Shown here piece after piece: positions 49,548-57,554 of a stretch of 57,554 nucleotides of DNA; positions within the stretch are counted from its first letter, which is position 1; each line of letters starts with the position of its first letter. Origin of the DNA: Bacteriovoracaceae bacterium (lineage in GTDB: Bacteria > Bdellovibrionota > Bacteriovoracia > Bacteriovoracales > Bacteriovoracaceae); the NCBI GenBank assembly GCA_018649885.1, contig JABIHA010000094.1, forward strand, positions 62,001-119,554, given 5' to 3'. Under the pieces are notes generated by a model. The model worked only from the letters and a program-made list of their open reading frames with translations. It ran no database searches and was not told the DNA's origin. The translations under genes were made by a program, and so were the position numbers.

Positions 49548-50315
49548 CTAGGAGCTCTTTGATAATGCATCGCCTGCATTTGAATTACGAAACTTCCCTC
49601 GGATTTTAGCTCTTTTCCTCACTTTCCAGTAACGCATAAGCCTGAGAAATTTTCTGTGTTCTTTTTCAGAGTCTAAAATAAATTCGACTCCATATGTTAG
49701 ACCTCGCCCCAATGAGTATTGCCTCTTACTCATAAGCCTTACTCTCAGAACGGCCTCTTTACCTAAAAAAGGTAGCTTCAATTGAATTCTCTCACCCACA
49801 TCAAGGTCTTCAAACAAAACTAAGCAGCCAGCCTTTCTTCTTATGTCAGTGAGCCTTCCCACAAGATTTAAATCTTCAACAACTCTAAAAACTTCAACCT
49901 TTAAATCTCCACGATATCTAAAATCATATTCCCACCATCTGATCCGAGGAAAGAAAAAGGGAGAGGACATACTGTGGGCCTCAATTAAAAGTAATATCAA
50001 ACTCAAAAGATAAATCAGACCAACCTGCGGGAATGGATCAGAGAAAAAATAATAGATGCTATTTTTTACTAAATATATGGATATAAAAAATGTGAAAGTC
50101 CAAAAAGTGTAATAGAGGTTTTTTAGGGTCTTAGTAAATAGATTGTAGAAAACTACAAGTAGGGCCAAGTAAGTAAAAAAATCGATGATACCAATTTTTG
50201 AGTAACCACATTCAACAATCAAAACAAATACATTGAGAATGAAATGACCTATGTGAAAATATTCTGCTTTCTCAAAAAGATCTAAGGTATTTAAATTTGA
50301 GATAAAATTCTTCAT
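49548..50315 (-). CDS. Membrane protein with C-terminal PilZ-like domain
   Basis: Four TM segments, PRIRWWE..RYR, G...DI, YGVEF. Confidence 0.65.
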   Translation of the reverse strand: MKNFISNLNTLDLFEKAEYFHIGHFILNVFVLIVECGYSKIGIIDFFTYLALLVVFYNLFTKTLKNLYYTFWTFTFFISIYLVKNSIYYFFSDPFPQVGLIYLLSLILLLIEAHSMSSPFFFPRIRWWEYDFRYRGDLKVEVFRVVEDLNLVGRLTDIRRKAGCLVLFEDLDVGERIQLKLPFLGKEAVLRVRLMSKRQYSLGRGLTYGVEFILDSEKEHRKFLRLMRYWKVRKRAKIRGKFRNSNAGDALSKSS

Positions 50316-50368
50316 GACTATATTTTATAGTTTTCCCCAAATTCTGCTAGATAGGGGGAAAACTACCA

Positions 50369-50854
50369 CTATTTGTAGCCGAGTCGCCTTTGCTTAAAAA
50401 ACATAGATAACATTTTAGAACATTTGTAATGATCAACACCTCCAATGATGGAAAGTTGATGATTAAGTTTAGGATCACCAAAGTGACGATAGCCCAAGCT
50501 GATGGCCCCACCCTTAGGGTCGAAGGCCCCAAAAATCACCCTTCTCACCCTGGCCTGGACTAAGGCCCCCATACACATAGTACAAGGCTCTAGCGTGGTA
50601 TAAATATCACAATCAGTTAGTCTCCAGTTCCCAATTTTTTTACCAGCGGCCCTAAGAGCAATAATTTCAGCATGACCACATGGGTCATAGTTTTTTTCTT
50701 TTAGGTTATGGGAGCTAGCGAGAACTTCTTTTTCTTTAGATATAATAACTGCGCCAATGGGCACTTCGCCTTTTTGAAAAGCTAGGTCGGCTTGCTCAAG
50801 GGCCATTTTCATAAACCATGGATCCCAGGGGAACCCATTAGCACTCAGCATCAT
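50369..50854 (-). CDS. tadA: tRNA adenosine(34) deaminase
   Basis: GEVPIGAV, HAE, TLEPCTMC, DPKGGA, FF..RR. Confidence 0.93.
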   Translation of the reverse strand: MMLSANGFPWDPWFMKMALEQADLAFQKGEVPIGAVIISKEKEVLASSHNLKEKNYDPCGHAEIIALRAAGKKIGNWRLTDCDIYTTLEPCTMCMGALVQARVRRVIFGAFDPKGGAISLGYRHFGDPKLNHQLSIIGGVDHYKCSKMLSMFFKQRRLGYK

Positions 50855-50899
50855 TTGCCTTTATTTTCTGGTCCTATAGAACCAACCTGAGAGATTAAA

Positions 50900-50976
50900 T
50901 GGCACAACCGGTACGATTCGAACGTACGACCTCCTGATTCGTAGTCAGGTGCTCTATCCAGCTAAGCTACGGCTGC
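50900..50976 (-). tRNA. tRNA-Arg(ACG)
   Basis: GCAGCCG..CGGTTGT-G-CCA, anticodon arm CCTGA-CT-ACG-AA-TCAGG, GTTCGAAT. Confidence 0.96.
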
Positions 50977-51092
50977 ACAAAAAAGATCAACACTATGTGT
51001 AGCCAAGCAGGCCCATGAAGTCAAGAAAGTGTATGACAATTACCCAGATTGGGGGTACTACCGGTAGACTATGACAATCAACCCCTCCATAG

Positions 51093-51974
51093 GTGAAAAT
51101 TATGATGCCCAATTTAAATGATCTAAAATATTTTGTTGAAGTCGCCAACTCAAAAAACCTTTCGAGGGCAGCAGAAAGATTAGGAATTTCACAGCCCTCA
51201 CTTTCTCTTGCGATTAAAAGACTAGAACAAATTATTGGAGTTGATATTTTAATCAGAACTAAAAGGGGAGTGTATCTCACCACCTCGGGAAAAGTTCTTT
51301 TGACTAACTCAAAAAGCCTTATTCAGAAATGGGAAGAAATAAGAGACTCAGCGTTTTCTTCTTCTAATGAAATCAAAGGGCGTTTTTCTATTGGATGTCA
51401 CCCATCTGTCGCACTCTATACACTAAAATATTTTGTCCCAGAAATTGTCGAAAAATACCAGGAGTTAGAACTATGTTTAAAGCACGATCTTTCTAGAAAA
51501 ATTTCAGAAGAAGTTATTAGCTTAAACTTAGACTTAGGGATTGTGGTAAACCCAGTTAGACACCCAGACCTTATCATTAGTAAACTATGTGAAGACCAGG
51601 TCACACTTTGGACAAGTGGAGGCAAGGCCAAATGTCTTGATCATAAATCTGGAAGTGCTGTTTTAATTTATGACCCCGAGCTCGTTCAGTCTCAGTCACT
51701 TGTTAAAAAACTAAAAAGAAAGGGAATCAGCTTTTCTCGAACGATAACCTCAAGTAATCTTGAGGTTATCACATCATTAACCGCCCAAGGTGCTGGAATT
51801 GGTATCATCCCAACAAGAGTTGCAACAAATCCACATGAAGGCGGTGTAAAATTAAAGCAACTACCAGGGGCGCCAAGCTATAAAGATGAAATTTCTGTAA
51901 TTTATAGGGTGGAAAACAAAAATACTGCTGGGATCAGGTTTTTATCAGATTCAATAAAAGACTTTTTTAAATAA
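51093..51974 (+). CDS. LysR family transcriptional regulator
   Basis: LKYF, SRAAERLGISQPSLS.AIKRLE, LDLGI. Confidence 0.92.
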   Translation: MKIMMPNLNDLKYFVEVANSKNLSRAAERLGISQPSLSLAIKRLEQIIGVDILIRTKRGVYLTTSGKVLLTNSKSLIQKWEEIRDSAFSSSNEIKGRFSIGCHPSVALYTLKYFVPEIVEKYQELELCLKHDLSRKISEEVISLNLDLGIVVNPVRHPDLIISKLCEDQVTLWTSGGKAKCLDHKSGSAVLIYDPELVQSQSLVKKLKRKGISFSRTITSSNLEVITSLTAQGAGIGIIPTRVATNPHEGGVKLKQLPGAPSYKDEISVIYRVENKNTAGIRFLSDSIKDFFK

Positions 51975-52057
51975 GAGGAACCACTTCCTAACTTGTTTTA
52001 AACCAATCTAAATATTATAATCCTCCCATTACTCATTCTATGCAAGAAGGCCATGTT

Positions 52058-52729
52058 ATGAACGACCAAGTAAAAAGAGAGCCCCGTATTGTCTACGCTC
52101 CACTCAACAGAGTCTTTTTAAATATTAAAGGAAGTCTAAAAAAAATTGTAAATATAAGCACAAGTGGTCTCGCCCTAAAAGTCTCAGAATTTGAAGAAAC
52201 ATTTAAACCTGGGGATCAAATAATTGGTGAAATTTGTTTTGATGGAGGAGAAAATCTAAGACTTGACCTTGAAGTAGTCCACACAGCAAATGAAACAATA
52301 GGGCTCAAAGTCAATAATATGCAACAATCATTTTTCATTGTTGTTTCAAAATATTTTTTCAGAGAAATAAGCGCACAAAAAATGAAGCCTGTTCGCTTCA
52401 CTAATACCAAGCAAGGCCCCTCCGGAGAAACCCATTAGCTTGAAGGCGGAGAAAACTGCGACCTTCTCTATGTCGTAAAAAATGAAAAGGTGATTCGATT
52501 TGAATTGCGATTTTTTGGAAATATCATCCAAGGAGGAAAAGATATTAGCCTTATTATAGCAAACCTAAATGACCCAGATCGCTTTAAACATTATGGTGGC
52601 TCAACTATTCTTGAAGATGGTGTCGAAGTAGATGACCGTGAGTTTCAAAATAACCTAAGGTTATTTATTAATAATATTAATGCTCTCTCAGAAGATGTAA
52701 AAGAAATGATTATTGAGTTATTCCCCTAA
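52058..52729 (+). pseudogene. PilZ-domain protein interrupted by an in-frame TAG at 52436-52438
   Basis: KREPR and NISTSG motifs; ORFs 52040..52438 and 52490..52729 share a frame and the intervening sequence is open (H*LEGGENCDLLYVVKNEK). Confidence 0.7.
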
Positions 52730-53844
52730 GAGCTCACTTCGCTTTGAGTTTTTGGGATCGTCAGAATAAATTTTGTATTTGAGCAATCATCATCAATTTC
52801 TAAATCACCACCATGGTTTTCTGCAATTTTTTTCGAAATACTTAACCCAAGCCCTGTTCCCCTTCCCGGTGCCTTTGTAGTAAAAAATGGATTCAATATT
52901 TTTTCCCGACAGGAATCACTAATACCCTTACCACTATCAATGACAGAAATATTAACAAGCTCTCCCCCATCTTCAATAATTACCTTGACCCATTTTTCAT
53001 CTAAACCCTCAAGGGCATCACAGGCATTATTGAATAAGTTCAGCAGTATTTGCGAAATAGATATTCCTCGACAATCAAACTTTAATTCAGGAGACCCTCC
53101 GACAGTGGAGAATTCTATCCCCTGACAGAAAAATCTACTCTCACAAAGAAGAAGGGAATCTGATACCACGTCTTTTACAACCATTGTTTCAAATGGATCA
53201 TTAGATTCATATCTAGAAAAATGCTTAAAACTATCAATAATTTTATTTGCCCTATCATAGGCCTTGATGATTTTTTCTGTACAAGACCTAACTTCACTTT
53301 CATAAGATTCTGATTTGCCATCGAGTGACTCTATCTTTTGGGCAAGTGAAAATATAATACCAAGGGGATTCGTCACCTCGTGAACCATTGAAGCCGAGAC
53401 CTCCCCGATTGATGCAAGTTTGCCTTGGAAAATTATTTGATCTTGAGCACTCTCTAAACTTTCTTCCAATTCTATTTTTAAAATTGCCTTTTCAACTCGA
53501 GCAAGTATGACATCATGATCAAAGGGTTTTTCTATAAAATCAAATGCTCCAAGTCTTAAGGACTCAACAGCAGTCCTCTTATTCCCATGACCCGTAATAA
53601 AAATCACTGGTATTTTGGAAGATCTTTCCTGTATCGAATTAATCAACCAAAACCCATCCTTACCAGGCATCTTTATATCTGAAATGATAACATCTGGGTG
53701 AAAATCCTGAATTGCCATCAACGCATCATCTGCCGAATGAGCACCCATTGTTTCATATACTGGACTCAGAGTGATCTGAAGTAGTTTACAAATCGTAACC
53801 TCATCATCAACAATTAAAATCCTTCGCTTTCTATTTTCATTCAT
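52726..53844 (-). CDS. Hybrid response regulator / histidine kinase (REC-HisKA-HATPase)
   Basis: ILIVDDE, DIKMP, KP, HEVTNPL, NLFNNACDA, DSGKGI, FFTTK, GTGLGL. Confidence 0.92.
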   Translation of the reverse strand: MNENRKRRILIVDDEVTICKLLQITLSPVYETMGAHSADDALMAIQDFHPDVIISDIKMPGKDGFWLINSIQERSSKIPVIFITGHGNKRTAVESLRLGAFDFIEKPFDHDVILARVEKAILKIELEESLESAQDQIIFQGKLASIGEVSASMVHEVTNPLGIIFSLAQKIESLDGKSESYESEVRSCTEKIIKAYDRANKIIDSFKHFSRYESNDPFETMVVKDVVSDSLLLCESRFFCQGIEFSTVGGSPELKFDCRGISISQILLNLFNNACDALEGLDEKWVKVIIEDGGELVNISVIDSGKGISDSCREKILNPFFTTKAPGRGTGLGLSISKKIAENHGGDLEIDDDCSNTKFILTIPKTQSEVSS

Positions 53845-55772
53845 TAGGATGCTCCCATTTCATTGGAATTCGGTAAATCATCATCTACAAATAAGGCTAG
53901 CTTTATAGTAAAGGTTGAACCACTCTCATCAGACGAGCTACAAGATATCTCCCCATTGTGCTCTACTACAATTCCATGGGATATCGATAGACCTAAGCCT
54001 GTCCCCTCTCCCACGTCTTTCGTTGTAAAAAAAGGATCAAATATTTTATTGGTTGACTCATCATCAAGGCCACAACCATTATCACTAAATTTAATAACAG
54101 CATATCTACCAACAACTTCAGTGCTTACCTTAAGAATACCGCTATTAGTATTTTCACTGCTCTTAATTGCATCTCGTGCATTAATTATTAGATTAACAAA
54201 AACCTGCTCGAGCCTTATGCCATCTCCACTTACAACAATGTCTTCACTCGCAAGCTCCTTTGTCACTTCAATTCCACTTAATCTCATTTGAGCATCTAGC
54301 AAAATAAATGACTTTTCCACTATTTCATTAATATTTACAGGCGAAAATTCTAGGTCGGTCTGCCTAGAAAAATCTCTCATATGATTAATTATATTAGACA
54401 TTCTTTTGACACTATCATTGATATCAATAAAATATTCCGAAATGTCCTTATGTATTTCTGGATGATTAAAACCAAGAGTTTTATCAATATGAGCACTAAA
54501 ACCCTGAATAATAGTCAGAGGGTTATTAAGCTCATGGGCCATACCCGCACTCAGCACTCCAAGAGAAGCAAGCTTTTCAGATTGAACCAATTGAGCATGT
54601 TTTTCAATGTATTTTTTTTCAATTAATTCTTTCTCAACAAGTAATTTTTTACTACTTTGATGCTGAACATTCGTTAGTAAAACAATTAATATGCATGACA
54701 ATATAGTCAGCATAAAAATGATGTTCTTATTACTATTTAAATTTTCAAATGCCTCATCTTTGTCAATTTCAGTTGTTATACCTATGGAAAAATGCTCATC
54801 CCATATCCAAGCGCCAACGACAGGTACCCCCCTATAATCGCGGTATCCTTTTAAATTCTTATTAATTTTGTGCGATGAACCCTTTCCATTTATTGAATCA
54901 TGCGCCATCACGGTTAGTGGTAATTCTTCATTTTTATTATACAAAATACTACCAAGTGTAAGATTCACACCAGGGTCGGATACCTTAATTGCAAGAGTTG
55001 ACTTTTGCCCCTTCTCCAATAGGTTTGCCTTTTTCAAGTGATCGTTGAACCTACTTTCACTAACCAAAAACCCTTTCCCGTTAAAAGCATAGGTCTCACC
55101 ACTTTTGCCTATCCTCCCCCTTTGCAAGATCTTTGTGAAATCCAGCAGAGGATCAATTCTAAAAATAAAAGCAGACTCAACTCCACCATTTGAATCAAAT
55201 ATTGGAGCCCCCACAAACATTGTAGGGGAACTTCCCCCCGTAGTCGTTCCTAGTTCCACATCTGATTTCAGGGGAGCACTCGTTGCTGTTTTTCCGGACC
55301 AAATATCCTTCCAAAATAATTTCACTCCTGCCAAAAGGTTTTTTTTGCCAATGTTGCTATCCCTTAAAGAGCTCAGATTAATCATTTCTTTTGAGACAAT
55401 AAAGTAGCCCTTAAAGTCATTTACATTAATGACCTTTTGCAAACTCTTTCTCAACTCTAAATGAATAGGCGAACTTTTAAGATCTTTTGATGTCTTCGAA
55501 TAATTTAAAAGTTTCCTGCTCGAATTTTTTATTTCAGGTGAGTCGGCCCAGACAATAGTAACAGCCGAAACCCTACTCCTCCAAGTAATGAGCGCTTGGT
55601 GAGTTGTTTCGAGGACAGTTTGTAAGGCATTACCCACATTTTCCTCTCCCCTCTCCTGCATTCGACTTATAAGAATTGAGTCAATAAAGAGCAGTAGAAA
55701 AATTGAAGCAACCGCCAGGGCAATCGCCCCACCACCTCGCAATTGCAAAAATCCATTTTTCACTAATTTCAA
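53844..55772 (-). CDS. Membrane sensor histidine kinase (Cache-like periplasmic domain)
   Basis: Two TM helices, GETY, YRDYRGVPV, AHELNNPL, NARDA, DNGCG, GTGLGL. Confidence 0.9.
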   Translation of the reverse strand: MKLVKNGFLQLRGGGAIALAVASIFLLLFIDSILISRMQERGEENVGNALQTVLETTHQALITWRSRVSAVTIVWADSPEIKNSSRKLLNYSKTSKDLKSSPIHLELRKSLQKVINVNDFKGYFIVSKEMINLSSLRDSNIGKKNLLAGVKLFWKDIWSGKTATSAPLKSDVELGTTTGGSSPTMFVGAPIFDSNGGVESAFIFRIDPLLDFTKILQRGRIGKSGETYAFNGKGFLVSESRFNDHLKKANLLEKGQKSTLAIKVSDPGVNLTLGSILYNKNEELPLTVMAHDSINGKGSSHKINKNLKGYRDYRGVPVVGAWIWDEHFSIGITTEIDKDEAFENLNSNKNIIFMLTILSCILIVLLTNVQHQSSKKLLVEKELIEKKYIEKHAQLVQSEKLASLGVLSAGMAHELNNPLTIIQGFSAHIDKTLGFNHPEIHKDISEYFIDINDSVKRMSNIINHMRDFSRQTDLEFSPVNINEIVEKSFILLDAQMRLSGIEVTKELASEDIVVSGDGIRLEQVFVNLIINARDAIKSSENTNSGILKVSTEVVGRYAVIKFSDNGCGLDDESTNKIFDPFFTTKDVGEGTGLGLSISHGIVVEHNGEISCSSSDESGSTFTIKLALFVDDDLPNSNEMGAS

Positions 55773-56066
55773 AACTCTTCCCCACCCTGATAAGAATTCA
55801 AACTATTATAAACCGTCTTCCTTGAGACCCATAGGTTATATTTAAGAATCCTGGTCACAAAAAGCCATGATACCATTGCAGTCTACTACTCCAACTTTAA
55901 GCAATAAATACGAGAGGATAGTGGTTAATCTTAGAAAGGAAAAACCCTAACCTACAAAACCAAAGCACCGCCTAACACCCTCCGTCATATAACGTCAGCT
56001 TGCCAAAAAATGAACTTGTTAATTTTTCGGTAGCACACACGGTGCTTTTTATATTATCTAGTATTT

Positions 56067-57113
56067 ATGAATTTAACTTTCGAGCAAAAATACAATGCTA
56101 TAGGAAAAAAAGAATCTCTTTATGAAGGGATTTTTGTAACTGCCGTCAAGTCGACAAAAATATTTTGCAGACCCTCTTGCAGAGCAAGAAAACCATTAGC
56201 TAAAAATGTTACATTTTACAAAAATGCTGAGGAGGCCCTAAGGTATGGCTACCGACCATGTAAAATATGTAAACCAATGGAAAATGAGAGTGAAACTCCT
56301 GGATACATTAAAGAGTTAATAAAAGAACTTCATCGTAATCCTTACCAGAAAATTAAAGATTGGAATTTAAAAAAGAGAAACCTGGAACCAAGTCATGTGA
56401 GACGGTGGTTTAAAAAACACCACAACATGACGTTTCATGCTTATCAAAGATTAATTCGAATCAACTCCGCCTACACTAAAATTCAAGAAGGTGATTCCAT
56501 CACACTTACGGCCTTTGACAGCGGTTACGAATCACTTAGCGGATTTAATGATGGATACAAAAATATATTTGGAAGTTCTCCCCAAAAGAACCCTGGCAAA
56601 ACAATTATATATATTGACAGGTTTTCCACAAAACTAGGCGCAATGTACGCTTGCTCAACAGACAAGGGAATATGCCTACTTGAGTTTACCGACAGAAAAA
56701 TGCTAGAAACTGAATTCAAAAATATTTGCTCGCGCTTTGATGCCGTCATCATTCCCGGCACAAACAAACACATAAAATTAGTCAAAAAAGAACTCAAACA
56801 CTACCTAGAGGGCAAATTAAAAAAATTTACAGTCCCACTCGATACTGCTGGCACAGATTTCCAAAAAAGCGTCTGGAAAATACTAAAATCCATCCCCTAC
56901 GGAAAAACCTGTTCGTACCTAGAGCAAGCAAAAAAAATGAACAACCCAAAAGCCGTAAGAGCAGTAGCAAACGCCAACGGCATGAACTCTATAGCAATCA
57001 TCATCCCCTGCCACCGAGTCATAGGAAGCGACGGAAGCCTAACCGGCTACGGAGGAGGACTCCCCCGCAAAAAATGGCTCCTCGAACTCGAACAATCCCA
57101 AAAAAATAAATAA
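56067..57113 (+). CDS. ada: Bifunctional transcriptional activator / O6-methylguanine-DNA methyltransferase
   Basis: CRPSC and PCKIC zinc site, AraC-type HTH, active site PCHRV. Confidence 0.93.
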   Translation: MNLTFEQKYNAIGKKESLYEGIFVTAVKSTKIFCRPSCRARKPLAKNVTFYKNAEEALRYGYRPCKICKPMENESETPGYIKELIKELHRNPYQKIKDWNLKKRNLEPSHVRRWFKKHHNMTFHAYQRLIRINSAYTKIQEGDSITLTAFDSGYESLSGFNDGYKNIFGSSPQKNPGKTIIYIDRFSTKLGAMYACSTDKGICLLEFTDRKMLETEFKNICSRFDAVIIPGTNKHIKLVKKELKHYLEGKLKKFTVPLDTAGTDFQKSVWKILKSIPYGKTCSYLEQAKKMNNPKAVRAVANANGMNSIAIIIPCHRVIGSDGSLTGYGGGLPRKKWLLELEQSQKNK

Positions 57114-57138
57114 AAAAACACTTTCAGCAGAGAGCTAT

Positions 57139-57283
57139 GAAGTAGCGGAGACCCATGTATGCCGGAGGCATACCATTAAACAGCAGGCGGCTCCTTTGAA
57201 GGAACGCAATCAACGGTGCAAATTAAATGATTTTCTAAATATTAGTGAGTTAAAGAAGTGGCGGAGACGCCGACCCTTGAACC
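57139..57283. repeat. Direct repeat GAAGTRGCGGAGAC x2 with degenerate tRNA-3'-end-like fragment and GNA-loop hairpin
   Basis: Copies at 57139-57152 and 57255-57268; hairpin GTATGCC-GGA-GGCATAC at 57157-57173. Confidence 0.55.
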
Positions 57284-57554
57284 TGTGCAGCTTAACTTAA
57301 GATAAGGTATGCATAAAGTCATAGCTATTTAATACGCTACCCATTATACAAGATTGAGAACTATTATGGTTCATGGAATATGAAAGTATTAAATTAAGAA
57401 AGAGCTTCTAAAATGGAAGTAACACGAGTCGCGTTTACAACACCTGACTAAAATTGCCTTTTAATTTTGAGTCATACGTCTTCAGTTAAAATTGTAATTA
57501 CTACAGAACAATTTTAACAAAGGAAAAACGTATGACTCATCAACAGTATCTCAT

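Noticed and set aside
52436..52438. Genome-wide amber recoding or pyrrolysine
   Set aside because: TAG is the true stop of conserved genes here (ftsZ, mtnP, recR) and no pyl genes are seen
55824..55835. GAGACCCATAGG shared with 14464-14475 and similar to 14211-14223
   Set aside because: A single 12-nt match without the partner arm or consistent context; cannot be separated from chance
55963..56048. Integron attC or Ada-box reading of GCCTAAC and AAAGCACCG/CGGTGCTTT
   Set aside because: No matching GTTRRRY core at a suitable position, no integrase, and only a loose match to the Ada box
3038..56797. Numerous short antisense or overlapping ORFs in the six-frame track
   Set aside because: They are shadows of well-supported genes with no motifs or RBS
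57532..57554. Possible CDS start (AAGGA RBS, ATG ACT CAT..) at the window edge
   Set aside because: Only about 7 codons are visible, too few to call

Overview
AT-rich bacterial chromosomal segment whose gene content points to a predatory Bdellovibrionota (Bacteriovoracia/Halobacteriovorax-like) genome; this is inferred from dnaX-ybaB-recR-mglB-mglA synteny, short ~277-aa flagellins and several PilZ proteins. Most of it is core genome: an HtpX-like/CHASE2 kinase/sigma-54 activator/lspA/lgt unit, icmF-pduO, lpxH, two sigma-28-driven flagellins, rsmE-prmA, udk-rnj, a rearranged dcw cluster (mtnP in place of mraZ, no murG or ddl, a degenerate MurD), dksA, mglBA, recR, ybaB, dnaX, SRP RNA, tRNA-Ser(GGA), tadA next to its substrate tRNA-Arg(ACG), two-component genes and ada. 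No integrase, transposase, CRISPR array or rRNA was seen. The most unusual signals are: (1) a modular array of conserved boxes and variable hairpins abutting the tRNA-Ser 3' end; (2) local tracts where synonymous positions become almost exclusively A/C on one strand next to GNA-triloop hairpins; (3) a MurD with altered catalytic and D-Glu-binding motifs; (4) a PilZ gene split by a single in-frame TAG. All protein calls are motif recognition by eye, with no database searches.
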